DNA of 64,000 nucleotides from Octopus sinensis. Lineage: Eukaryota. Shown here in pieces: positions 26,246 to 38,845 of the stretch; the stretch's first letter is position 1; each line of letters starts with the position of its first letter. The translations under genes were made by a program, and so were the position numbers. Under the pieces are notes generated by a model. That model was not told where the DNA came from. It ran no database searches and worked only from the letters and a program-made list of their open reading frames with translations. The DNA lies in assembly GCF_006345805.1 (NCBI RefSeq), contig NW_021835562.1, forward strand, positions 2,558 to 66,557, in the 5' to 3' direction.

Positions 26246-27339
26246 GCGATAGTCGAAAGATCTGCTCTATTCTTGGACTCCAGACTCTCCTACGTGTTAC
26301 AGTGCTTCAGAGAAAACTGCTGACTTCTCTTCGTGTTTGTGTGTTTCTTCAATAAAGTACTTTCAAGACACGTTCTGTCTACAGAGCAAGACTGAATTTT
26401 TCACTTTTCTTTTATTTTATTTTTCTTACTTTTCCTCTTTCTCTGTGTTTTGGGGTTTTTTTTCTTTTTTTTTTTTTGCATCTGCAGCAATTTACATCTT
26501 TTTTTTGGTTCTTTTTTAAATTTTTGTTTTCTCCTTTACTGCCACTATCAAACCATTATGCAACTCCAAGAGTTACATAATGTTTGGTAATGGTGCTACA
26601 CTATTACAACATGCTTTCGCTTTGACTCTTATTGAATAACTTCTGAGAAAGACACAGACACGCAGACACACAGAAACAGACACACACACGCACACACACG
26701 CACACACAAAGTGTGAAAAAGAATGAGAGAAAGAGACGGGGAAAGAACGATCTTAGATGTGTTCTTTCCAAAAATACTATGTCGATTAGAGCTCTGGGTT
26801 GATCTGTGGACTACGTTCGGCTTTCTTCTATGCGATATTTCATCTGTTGTTGTTACAGCTGTTTCGGTTGTTGTTTTTGTTGCTGCTGTTGCTGTTGTTA
26901 TTGATGCTGCTGCAGTTGTTGTTGTTGTTGTTGTTGTTCCTGCGGTTGTCGCTGCAATTGTTATTCATGTGGTTTTTTTATTGTTGCAGAAGCTGTTACT
27001 GCTACTGCCGTTGTTGTTATTGTTGTTGTTGTTGTTGTTTGTGGTGAAGTGGGGGGGAAGTGCAGTTCTTGTTCTTGTTCAACCCTAGGTCAACCTTTTC
27101 CGAGCAAACCTTGTGACTATTGATGTTCCATCAGCGATTCTCCCTCCTCTTTTCCATTCCCTTTTCATTCTCAAAGCACTGCATCTAATACCTTAGTATC
27201 TAACGTGCCCTTCCCTTTTTTTTAAGACGAAAGGGTATGATACGAAAGACATCGATGGTATTTCTAGCAGATACACTTCTCACTCTCTACAACCTCCCTC
27301 GACACCTTAATCAGGTTGACTACGTGATATGCCGTTTGT

Positions 27340-27599
27340 GTAATACCCACACACACACACAAACACACATAAACACATATACACACTCATATATATATAT
27401 ATATAATATACTTGTAGATAGATATATATATATACTTGTAGATAGATAGATAAATAGATAGATTGACAGACAGACAGACAGACAGATAGATAAAGAGATA
27501 GGCAGGTAGGTAGGTAGGTAGGTAGGTAGGTAGGTAGGTAGGTAGGTAGGTAGGTAGATAGATAGATAGACAGACAGACACACAGACACACAGACACAC

Positions 27600-27642
<43 letters not shown>

Positions 27643-27809
27643 TAGGTAGGCAGGTAGGTAGGTAGGTAGGTAGGTAGGTATATATATATAGACAGTCAGA
27701 CAGAGGGGCGGATGGATGGCTGGATGAATTGATAGGTAGGTAGGTAGGTAGGTAGGTAGGTAGGTAGGTAGGTAGGTAGGCAGATAGAGAGAGAGAGAGA
27801 TAGTTATAA

Positions 27810-27855
<46 letters not shown>

Positions 27856-27880
27856 CGAGAGAGAGAGAGAAAGAGAGAGA
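27340..27880. repeat. (TAGA)/(TAGG)/(CAGA)/(GA) microsatellite cluster
   Basis: Direct inspection. Confidence 0.9.
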
Positions 27881-28356
27881 GAAAGGAAGTCTTACGCTTC
27901 TTCATTTTGCATATTACCATCATACGACGAATTCGACAGAATCCGATGACTGCACCAAGCTCAAAGGCTGCTTTGGCATGAATTTTACAGCTTGATGCTC
28001 TTCCTGACGCCGAAACTTTACGGACTGTACGACGTGTCTTTTTCATGACACCAGCAGCACTTCTGGTCGTTGCCATGTAAGTCGCGAGACGAAAGATTCT
28101 CTTTGACTGGCAACGGGTATAGAAAGAGGCAGCATTATGCTAGATGTTGAGGGGTTAAGGTATGAAAACAAAAAGGCAAGAACAGATTGCTTGCTGTAGA
28201 GGAGATACTTGGCTATCTTACATTTTTTAAGTGGCAAAAATGAGTAACGCTGCGATGGACTGGTGTCCCGTCCAGCTGGGGAACATATACGCCACTGAAA
28301 CTGGGAATCCGGGCCCATGAGACTGGCTAGGCTTGAAAGGGCGCATTTATTATATA

Positions 28357-28430
<74 letters not shown>

Positions 28431-28451
28431 GTATATATGTGTGTGTGTGTA

Positions 28452-28760
28452 TTACGTTTATATAAATTTGTTTTGCAAGATTCTTGATGTAAAAATCGTG
28501 TGTTGAAACAGATTTTGTATTTAGGAATGGTCATTTTGCCAGTTTAGCCAATAAAAACACACGCACTATATATTTGGTGTTACTTTGCTTCAGCGTTATT
28601 TATTTTTTACATTAATCATAATCTTAATCTTATTTCAGCCAGAGTTCTTTCGTCACACTTCTGTGACCTCGTCAGTGGTCCTTTGTTTTCTTCTTTCTCA
28701 TTTGTGTGTCTCTCCTTACTAACGGTCACCCATTTGTATTTGTATATGTTGATATTGATA
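28452..28760 (-). mobile_element. Non-coding PLE pseudo-LTR/retrozyme-like element, family H1, copy 1
   Basis: Homologous to 44282-44768 and 63040-63235; carries a hammerhead core. Confidence 0.75.
28639..28678 (-). ncRNA. Minimal type-I hammerhead ribozyme
   Basis: Minus strand CCA-CTGACGA-G-GTCAC-agaagt-GTGAC-GAAA-G-AA-C-TC-TGG: intact CUGANGA/GAAA core, 5-bp stem II, CCA/UGG stem I, CUC cleavage triplet. Confidence 0.75.
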
Positions 28761-29100
28761 TTGATATTTCACTTAGGCCTAACGATACTAATAACCTGAC
28801 ATTAGACACGCTTCAGATCGCAGCGTCCATCGAGTAGAGAGCGGAAACTAGAGTGACCAAGGAAGAAATAATTATGTTATGGCCTACATTGGCTTGCAGC
28901 TGTCTCTGCTATAAGACACAATGCACTCATAGTTGAATGCTTGTTATATACATATATATATATATATATATATACATACATACATACATACATACATACA
29001 TACATACATACATACATACCTACATGCCTGCATACATACATACATACTACATACATACATTATCTATACTTATATATGTATATATATATATATATATACA

Positions 29101-29212
29101 TATACAAAATTTGAGGAATGACCATTGAAGTGGACACGCTATATGCTAAACATAGATGTCAATGTTTAGCATATAGAGTGTCCACTTCAATAGTCATTCC
29201 TCTAATTTTTGT
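29101..29212. repeat. Near-perfect palindrome (41-bp core arms, 8-nt spacer)
   Basis: 29113-29153 versus 29162-29202: 39 of 41 positions complementary. Confidence 0.9.
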
Positions 29213-29414
29213 ATGTAACGCAATTTTCAATCTTCGGATTTTTTAAATACGCTAAGCTACTGGTTTTAATTGATTAATCAATTTCTACCCTTATTATTTA
29301 AGTATATATATATATATTGTGTGTGTGTGTGTGTGTGTATACAATTATACATCATATACATACATGTATATATGTATGTATGTATATATATATATATGTA
29401 CATATATATATTTA

Positions 29415-29456
<42 letters not shown>

Positions 29457-29464
29457 CACATTTC

Positions 29465-29519
<55 letters not shown>

Positions 29520-29722
29520 ACCAATAAGTAATAATACAGTCTGTTATAAGAAATGTTTCCTTTTAATAGTTATTATCAAAATATCATTGCAAGTAGAAGC
29601 GAAAAGAATATATAGCAGCCAAGGGAGATAACTGCAATTAGATTATATGACGTAATTCAAATCAAATGCAAAATACAGTTAGGAGCAGGTTTTGTCTAGC
29701 TCTAGTGAACTAGTAAAACTAA

Positions 29723-29756
29723 CATATATTTCCATCTTGTTAGATCTCGTCAGTGG
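29723..29756 (-). ncRNA. Degenerate minimal hammerhead motif
   Basis: CCA-CTGACGA-GATC-taacaa-GATG-GAAA-TATA-TG; one stem II mismatch and a weak stem I. Confidence 0.5.
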
Positions 29757-30362
29757 GACGTATGTTTATAACGAAAGACAAGATTGAGAAGTGATCGCAT
29801 ATGCATAGAAATAGCTGCATTAAAACCTTTCATAGTATTTGATATATCAAATTGTATTACATCAGGCTATATTTTGTAATCATTTCCATACGGTTCTTCA
29901 TTTATGCTTGTCTGGTTAAATATGGACGATTGGAGTGATTCTAACCAAGTAATAAACCTCGTCGAAGTAATGGTAAGATGGCATGCTGTCATCGTCTGAG
30001 TGGTGTCAGTGAATGTGGAGGAGAGATGTGTGTTGTGTTGTGATGTTGGGAGTATTAGTAACTGAATTAGTAACTGATGAAGGAACTTTTGAAGCAATGG
30101 AATTTCTCTATTTCGGCTTAACGATGTTGTCAGTTCGCTAAAGTCACTGCGACCTTCCACTTCAGGAAGCTTAAGTGTACGTTTCTGCATAGGCATGTGT
30201 GTGCGTGTGTGTGTGTGTCCATGTAAGATAGTATGATGGCGGCGACGGCGGCGGCGGCGACGGTGGTAGAAACGTGACGAAGTTGGATTGGACGAAAGAT
30301 CGCTGGGATGAAGTGATATAAAAGCAAGTGTTGCTATATACATACATACATACATACATACA

Positions 30363-30393
<31 letters not shown>

Positions 30394-30495
30394 GTATGTA
30401 ATATAATTTCTCTGAATCTTCAGATTTTTCTATATGCTAAACCACTGGTTTTAAATTGATATTGATCAAATTAATATTCAATTGTTCACCCTTAT

Positions 30496-30528
<33 letters not shown>

Positions 30529-30539
30529 ATAGTCGCAAC

Positions 30540-30718
30540 GATAGATCGTTAGCCATTACACACATTTTTTTCTCTCCTTGTCTTTTTTGTGTCCCTTTCT
30601 GTAGAAGAGCGTAGGTTCGAAACGTAAAATACTTTTTCTATTCCTGGGCGTTATACTAATACATCTGTTTGTTTTGTACACCACCTGTCTTCGTCTTTTG
30701 TTTTTTTTCGTAAACTCT

Positions 30719-30722
<4 letters not shown>
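30540..30722 (+). mobile_element. Second copy of the 25.2-kb PLE-type repeat, hammerhead-like motif at 30596-30629
   Basis: TTT-CTGTAGA-A-GAGC-GTAG-GTTC-GAAAC-GT-A-AAA. Confidence 0.6.
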
Positions 30723-30758
<36 letters not shown>

Positions 30759-31137
30759 TCAGCGTGTATGTTTCGTATTACGTGTTCTTCAATACCGCAA
30801 ACTATCTCTTCTCTCGGCATAGCGAACGGAACTCCCATCTTCAAAGGATTGCTGTTAAATTAGGCGAATGAACTCACAAACCTTAACCTACAATAACACT
30901 CAGACACCATATCAATCTATGTCGTCTTCATAGCTTTTGAGTGGCCAGAATATTTTGAAGTATCTTTGTTTTTCTTAGTCTCTAAACCAGTGCTTCTCAA
31001 CCCTGTTATTTTATCTATGGACCCCTTTGATTTCCATTTTACTTGGATGGACTCCCATATACATTCATTGTTCGAAGGATGCTATTATTATATTTTCATA
31101 ACTAAATATTATTAAGAATTCATATTTTCTATCTTTT

Positions 31138-31500
31138 ACTTGTTTCTGTAACTTGACTGCGACCATGCTGGGGCACCGCCTTGAATTTTTAGTCGAATGA
31201 ATTAACCCCAGTTTTTCCTCTTTTTTTAAGAAGTGGTACTTATTCTATCGTCTCTTTTTCCGAACCGCTAATTTACGTGGGCCAAACACACCAACACCGG
31301 TTGTCGAGCGGTGGTGGGGAGAGAAGCACAAACACAAAGACACACACACACACATATATGCGATGGGCTTCTTTCTGTTTCTGTCAACCAGATCCACTCA
31401 CAAGGCTTTGGTCTGCCTGAGACTACAGTAGAAGACACTTGCCCTAGCTGTTACACAGTGGGACTGAACCCAGAACCATATGGTTGAGAACCAAGCTTCC
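31138..31500 (-). mobile_element. SINE family B, diverged
   Basis: Family B tail and body motifs. Confidence 0.8.
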
Positions 31501-31520
31501 TGGACTTATTAATAACACCC

Positions 31521-32310
31521 ACCAAGCATGGATTCAGGACATCCGTATACCGCAAGCCGACCTTCACTGGACGATACCTCAACTTCAATTCCCACCATCT
31601 ACACTGTGTAAAGAGAGAGATTGCTCAGTGCCTAAAAGATCGTGCAAAGAAAATAAGTAGCGGTAGTGGTATACACCACGAAGAAATGATCAAGCTCTAT
31701 AACAATCTGTTAAGCACCAACTACCCCAAAAATATACTAGGATCTTTTCGGTTTGAACGGCAGTTTTTAAAATAATTTCCACGTAACTAAACACTTTTAA
31801 ACGTCGTATACTGGTAAAATGTGTTTATAAAACATCTTTTTCTCTTGGTTTTATTGAGAAAATTCTATAGTTCGTAAGATATTTGTTGTTTTCTTTCTTC
31901 AATTTCTGCAATTTCAATCAATCAATGACGTCTATTGAGGTAAAAAAAAAAACATTCTGTGCCGTATGAATATGTCCCTCGTTTAAGAAACAGATTGGAT
32001 TTATTTACATTTGTGAAGAAAAAATGATACCCTTCCCCCACCCCTAACCCTAACCCTAACTAACCTTAACCCTAAAAGAGATTGAAATGCAATAGATCGA
32101 TTCTAGGGTCATAATTATGGGTGACAATTTCATATGACACTGCTAGAAAAAAACTGCCGTTCCAACCGAAAAGATCCATATACTATCCCCTCCAATTATG
32201 AAGAAGAGAGAGGATGAAACCAATAAACTATCCACAGTCTGTCTACCCTATGTGAAAGGGCTCTCCGAAAAGATGCAAAAGATACTCGGCCCATATGACA
32301 TCAGGACATA
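31521..32310 (+). pseudogene. Penelope-like RT thumb/linker fragment interrupted by MITE copy 4
   Basis: TSVYRKPTFTGRYLNFNSHH...NYPKNIL | SPPIMKK...VCLPYVKGLSEKMQKILGPYDIRT; the frame is restored after removing the MITE plus one TSD. Confidence 0.88.
31740..32177 (-). mobile_element. GGATC-ended MITE, copy 4 (reverse orientation)
   Basis: Same TIRs; TSD ATATACTA. Confidence 0.93.
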
Positions 32311-32544
32311 ATGATAAAGGTGACATTGACTCTGAAGAATCTCATTCACATTTGATAGACATTTACGTTTACTTACATACACAGCTCCTCACAAGGCAAG
32401 CGGTTTGGTTTAGTTGCCGACTGTCTCGACCATGAGCTACTGGGATACATAGTTACCAATAGCAGATTTCAATCAGCCAGTATTAGAAATGGTGATGACA
32501 GGACAAAAATACCTTTAATCTATGAGGAAAATAAACAACCAATA

Positions 32545-33030
32545 TTTCACTATCTGTTTCTTTACTACCCACAAGGTGTTAAACACAGAGGGGACAAATA
32601 AGGACAGACAAAGGGATTAAGTCGGTTATATCGACTCCAGTGCGTAACTGGTACTTAATTTATCGACCCCGAAAGGATGAATGATAAAGTCGACCTTGGC
32701 GGAATTTGAACTCAGAACGTAGCGGCTGACGAAATAACACAAAGCATTTCGCCCGGCGTGCTAACGTTTCTGCCAGCTGGCCGCCTTCGGCAGACGAAAT
32801 ATCTTTTTCTTTACTACCCACAAGGTGTTAAACACAGAGGGGACAAACAAGGACAGACAAAGGGATTAAGGCGATTACATCGACTCCAGTGAGTAACTTG
32901 TACTTAATTTATCAACCCCGAAAGGATGAAAGACAAAGTCGACCTCGGCGGAATTTGAACTCAGAACGTAATGGCAGACGAAATACGGCTACGCATTTCG
33001 CCCGGCGTGCTAACGTTTCTGCCAGATCGC
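32545..33030 (-). mobile_element. SINE family A, tandem copies
   Basis: Repeated GTCGACCTCGGCGGAATTTGAACTCAGAACG and GGGACAAACAAGGACAGACAAA units. Confidence 0.88.
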
Positions 33031-33270
33031 CTGGTCTGGTGTCTCTGTTACGGGCAGAAACCTCCCAACGAATCTCTTTTTCTTGCTACATACAAGCAAA
33101 CATTTTGCAAAGAATGAAACACTGGTGAAGCAGCTTTCTTTAAACATTAGCTGTCGAGCACTTGACGAGGACAGTGTCTGGCTACTAAGAATTTACATCA
33201 CAACGGGAAAGCCAACGTTGCTGTTATCCTTCTAGAAATCAGGTTTGTTTTCATCATTATTGTTCCCTTT

Positions 33271-33460
33271 AGGGCGGCGAGCTGGCAGAATCGTTAGCAC
33301 GTCGGGAAAAATGCTTTGTGGGTATTTCGTCCGTCTTCACGTTCTGAGTTCATATTCCGCCGAAGTCGACTTTGCCTTTCATTCTTTATGGGTTTATTAA
33401 ATAAGTATCAGTTACGCACTGGGGTCGATGTAATCTACTTAATCCCCCTCCCCCAATTTG
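33271..33460 (+). mobile_element. SINE family A
   Basis: GGCGGCGAGCTGGCAGAATCGTTAGCAC head; B-box-like GAGTTCATATTCC. Confidence 0.85.
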
Positions 33461-34069
33461 AGACATTTGCTTCCAGTAGATTATTATTGTTGCCTTTCAT
33501 CTTTTTTTTTGGGGGGGGGGGCAATAAAATAAGTACTAGGGATCTTCTCTGTCTGGTTGCCACTTTTCAATTTCTTCAATTTTTGCTCCAATTAATTTCA
33601 TATTTGGTGTATTGATGTGGTTTTGTATGCTAATTATTGACATGCAATTCATTTTCGTCATAAATTAATGGTTAAAGAGTTGATAGATTTTAAAGTTTGC
33701 AAATTTGGGGTAATATTAGCCAATCGAAAGCCATAGAGGTGCTTGTTTCCAAAGTAACAAACCAAGGTATAGCCAAGCTACTTACCACTCATTTCTGCTT
33801 ATTAAATGCTTAAAACACATGAGCTGTGAGGCAGTCGTGAGATGTGTTAAAAATAATAGCTAAATAGGCCTTAAATCACGCACCAAATATTTTCTTCATT
33901 GTTTTTTTTTTACATAATCGTATGTATTCCCGTGTGTACACTTATATACGCAACTCCTCACAAGGCAAGCTCAGCAGCGGTTTGGTTTAGTTGCCGACTA
34001 CCTCCGCCCCAATGACCAACTGTCTCATCCTCCTGCCTCACTCTCCCTCTGTCTGTCTCCTTCTCTTGC

Positions 34070-34104
<35 letters not shown>

Positions 34105-34699
34105 GCTATAATAACAAGCTATGTTCTTCGGAGCTCGCTCATCATGTTAGGAGGGGTTATATATCGTGCGTAAAGCAGAACTCCAGCAGTAATTCATTTA
34201 CAGTTGACAACACGTGTTGTCACGCGCAAAATGACAGCTTCCAAATCCTGTTTTCTGACTGGGCAAAAATTATCAAACTTTGAAACAATGTAACTTTTTT
34301 TATTGGATTTTTCTGGAAAAAGTGAATTAGCGCCCCGCGAATCAGCGTGAAAAATTACATCAATATACAAAATTTTAAAATTTCTACAGGTGCAAGCCAA
34401 GCAAAAAGAGATCTTGTACCAGCTGAGCTCTGTAGTTGATGTAATCGACTTAATCCCTTCCTCTGATTGAGAAGACATATGATCCCGAAAGTCCCAAAAA
34501 AGACCATTCGTTTTTTTTTCTTTATGCATCTAAGAGTTTTTCACATTTTTTTCATAACGTTTCAGTTTTTGAAAGAGGGAGATTTAGCTGCTATTTTTAA
34601 TCTGTCAAGCATTCAAAGTAGGTTCTCTCAAAGTATGTTAGACAACTGCATAAAACACTTGTCTCTCAGTAACCCATGTTTCCTCGAGCACCAGGAGAA

Positions 34700-34702
34700 A
34701 CT

Positions 34703-34769
<67 letters not shown>

Positions 34770-34830
34770 GGACGGACGGACGGACGGACGGACGGACGGA
34801 TGGATGGATGGATGGATAGATAGATAGACA
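34700..34830. repeat. Graded tetranucleotide series (GATA)-(GACA)-(GACG)-(GATG)-(GATA)
   Basis: Direct inspection. Confidence 0.9.
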
Positions 34831-36021
34831 CACGCACAGACATGTATATGTTTGTATGTGTGACTCTCTATGTACATATGAAAGTGTGCAATAAAGTTAT
34901 ATAACTCTCATTTTGTCTCTCTGGTTTTCTTGGATAGATTTACGACTATTCCAAGACTCTCTACTTTAAGCTTCCTAATAAAACCATCATAAACTTCCTT
35001 TCTCAATCTCATTCTTCTTCCCCACCATTACACCATCGCCACCACCACACGCTTTATGTACTTAAATGAGTGGAGAAGTCTATCAGCAATCAGTGCAAAA
35101 ATCGCATGCACACACACACACATACATATCTACATACACACACGTACACGCGCATATATACGTATACACACGTACACGAGCACACATGTACACACAGAAA
35201 TACCCAGACATACTTGCATACACAACTTGCGCGCTACAGTATAATCTAAAAGTAATTCATCCGATTGAGCATGAAGACAGTCACCAGCAAACAGTAGCAA
35301 CCGGATTGGGAATTATCTTATACGAAATGAAATATATTAGGAAAGGAAAACAGGAGTGTTACGGATGGAATGCTTGTCGATGGATGAAATTCCGACGCAA
35401 AGGAAATTTTTTCCCAGCATCTACGCATGTGCTTGAGCGATAGAAGCTACATCTTAACAACTTCACAGTTCAAATATTCGTCCAAAGGTAAGATTTTTAT
35501 AAAGCGTTTCAAATCCTCACACCAAATCTAGCAAACAACATGATTTCCAAATAATCCACATAATTTCACAACAAACAACAACGGTGAATCAAACACGAAG
35601 TCTCACTGGCACCATTTATTTTCAACGCCACAGCGCATCCTATTCATTTAAAAATACAAGCTCCTCGCTCACAAGTACAAAAATGATACCCATTTCAATT
35701 CCATACGTTGAACTAAAATAAAATTAGTAAACACGACACAAAAATATGTACAAAGTCAGCAACCCGGCATTAATGGTATTAAAAACACTTTTATGAGATT
35801 AAAAAATGTTATTATTGCACACGACGTACACATTGCAATAAGCCAAGAAACATTCTTAAAAACATGTTACAAAACATCCATTTCAAATTGTACACTGATT
35901 AGAGTCAACAAAGCACTTCTTCAGACAGAGGCGGTGGTTATATTACTTGTGTAAAATTTTCTGTTCGGTATGCAGATATCGCAAATGCACGTATTAGTAC
36001 TGTACAACAAGAAATAAAGAT

Positions 36022-36450
36022 AAGGCGGCGAGCTGGCAGAAACGTTAGCACGCCGGACGAAGTGCTTAGCGGTATTTCGTCTGCCGTTACGTTGTGAGTT
36101 CAAATTCCGCCGAGGTCGACTTTGCCTTTCATCCTTTCGGGGTCGATAAATTAAGTACCAGTTACGCACTGGAGTCGATGTAATCGACTTAATCCGTTTG
36201 TCTGTCCTTGTTTATCCTCTCTGTGTTTAGCCCCTTGTGGATAATAAAGAAATAGGTATTTCATCTGTCGCTACGTTCTGAGTTCAAATTCCGCCGAGGT
36301 CGGCTTTGCCTTTTATCCTTTCGGGGTCGATTAAATAAGTACCGGTTACGCACTGGGTTCGATGTAATCGACTTAATCCGTTTGTCTGTCCTTGTTTGTC
36401 CCCTCTATGTTTAGCCCCTTGTGGACAATAAAGAAATAAGAAATAAAGAT
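36022..36450 (+). mobile_element. SINE family A dimer with 13-bp TSD
   Basis: TSD AAGAAATAAAGAT at 36009-36021 and 36438-36450; internal period about 185 bp. Confidence 0.9.
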
Positions 36451-36707
36451 TTTCAAAATATAACTCAGTAATATACAGAACCTTAGTATAACATATTCAT
36501 GCTGTCCATTACTGACGTTCAAATCGAGTTACATACCACATGCTCAGCTCTTTATCACTCGCACAAACAACGACATTGAAAGACATATCAATGCCCCCAA
36601 TATCAACTGGTTTTTAAATGGTTGAGGAAACAAGAAGACGAAAACGATATAATTGCAGCTGTACACATTCTACATCTTAAATTACCCACGTTTATATACA
36701 TATGCGT

Positions 36708-37082
36708 GGAGGCGCAATGGCCCAGTGGTTAGGGCAGCGGACTCGCGGTCATAGGATCGCGGTTTCGATTCCCAGTGTGAGTGTTTATTGAGCGAAAACA
36801 CCTAAAAGCTCCACGAGGCTCCGGCAGGGGATGGTGGTGATCCCTGCTGTACTCTTTCACCACAACTTCCTCTCACTCTTTCTTCCTGTTTCTGTTGTAC
36901 CTGTATTTCAAAGGGCCGGCCTTGTCACTCTCTGTATCACGCTGAATATCCCCGAGAACTACGTTAAGGGTACACGTGTCTGTGGAGTGCTCAGCCACTT
37001 ACACGTTAATTTCACGAGCAGGCTGTTCCGTTGATTCGGATCAACCGGAACCCTCGTCGTCGTAACCGACAGAGTGCTTCCA
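36708..37082 (+). mobile_element. SINE family C (tRNA-Arg-like head)
   Basis: GGAGGCGCAATGGCCCAGTGGTTAGGGCAGCGGACTCGCGGTC...GGTTTCGATTCCC; long tail shared with 59670-59990. Confidence 0.88.
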
Positions 37083-37914
37083 TATATACATTTGCACCTC
37101 GCCCGCTCAAGTGGAACAGCTCTTCCCGAAATATCCTGTCCTGCTTTGAACTTGTAGCTACCACAACCAGTTCGGCAAGCAAATATTTAACTTTTTCTCA
37201 AAAGCATCACAACACACTTTTACATCTACATCAATGTAGAAAGTAACAACACTTTTTCACAAACTCCAACAAAACAAATTCGAAAGAACGAGTTGTGCCA
37301 AGAAACAGATTCGAGGTTTTCAAAATTCAGTGACGGCCCAATCACTACGCTGACACGCTTCAGCCTCCGCCCCCAAAGACCTGCTGTCTCCTCCTACCTC
37401 GCTCTCCCTCTGTCTGCCTCCTTCTCTTGCTTCCTCTCTCTCTCTCTCTCTTTCTCATCACTATAATAACAAGCTATGTTCTTCGGGGCTCGCTCGTCAC
37501 GTACCCCCACCACTCGAACTCCTCCCACACCACCCGAGGGGACAAATAAGGACAGACATAGGTATTAAGTCGATTACATCGACCCCAGTGCGTAACTGGT
37601 ACTTAATTTATCGACCCCGAAAGGATGAAAGGCAAAGTCAACCTCGGCGGAATTTGAACTCAGAACGTAACGACACCACTACCACCACCACCAGTCATTG
37701 CACGAACCTCTGTTACCAGTCCTTCTCCCCTATATTATCCTCTCACTGGAACCTCCACTCTACTCATGTCTTTCCTGCAGATGTTGACCTGCAACATTTT
37801 AAAACAATCGTTAACGCCATCAAACTCACTGGGTTCGGTGGGGCTGCAGATATGAAGGGCACTGCCCCTTCTTCCTCCAGATTCAGCAAGTAAAAGAAAA
37901 AGTCCTAGAATTGC

Positions 37915-38472
37915 TAGCCACGTCTTTTCGGGTTCAGCCCCTACTACGTGGCACCTTGGACAAGTGTCTTCGACTATAGTCCCGGTTTGACCAATACCTT
38001 GTGAGTGACTTTTTGAGCGGAAACTGTGTGGAATCCCATCGTATGTGTGCATATATTACATATCAATGTGTGTGTGTGTACGATCTATGTATGCTTGTAC
38101 GTTTTTGTGTTTATACATGTTCTTCTCCCCCACCACTGTGGGGCAAAAACCTGTGTTCGGCAAAAAGAGAGAATAAGGACCTTGCATAAATATTAATACT
38201 AGGGTCGATTTGTTTGACTAAACCCTTCACGGCGGTGCCCCAGCATGTCCGCAGTCCATTGACTGAAACAAATATTAGGTGGGGTGAGATAAAATAAGTA
38301 TAGATGCATCAAATAAAAACAAAACGTACCTCACAGTTGTGTGGTAAGTAGCTTGCTTACGAACCACATGGTTCAGTCCCACTGCGTGGTACCTTGGGCA
38401 AGTGTCTTCTACAATAGCCTCGGGTCGACCAAAGCCTTGTGAGTGGATTTGATAGACGGAAACTGAAAGAAG
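37915..38472 (+). mobile_element. Two diverged SINE family B copies
   Basis: GGTTCAGTCCCACTGCGTGG...CTTGGGCAAGTGTCTTC motifs. Confidence 0.75.
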
Positions 38473-38845
38473 TTCCTGTTTTTGTTCAAAGACTTCACAA
38501 ACTGCCTCATTAAACCTAGTTTATTGTGCAGTGCTGGCTAAAATGATTTTATCTCTGACAACCAAAATACTGCGATTAAATTCTTTTCTCCAACGACTAT
38601 GTTTTTTTTCCGATACCATTCTCCCATCCACTGCTCACCCTTAGATTTACTGTCCCAGAGACATTAACCAAGGATGCTTGGTGTATTCACTCTGCTGACC
38701 CAGGAAAAAATTCGCCTTCTTAAGTTCCATACATATTATCCATTGGTGATCGTGGCAAGGCCAAGGCGGCAATGTTTCTTACTTTCAGTTATATTAGTTG
38801 AGTGACTATTTAGGATTGTTCTATATTTGTTACTATTGTGTAGAG

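Noticed and set aside
26244-26400. Exon after a polypyrimidine tract and CAG at 26241-26243
   Set aside because: The tract is a (CT)n microsatellite, and there is no convincing downstream donor or open frame.
34194-34529. 111-aa minus-strand ORF
   Set aside because: No recognisable domain; composition resembles the non-coding interior of a DNA-transposon derivative.
36708-36780. tRNA-Arg gene (also 4813, 47806, 48632, 49058)
   Set aside because: No closed acceptor stem, and the sequence continues into multicopy SINE bodies; these are tRNA-derived heads.
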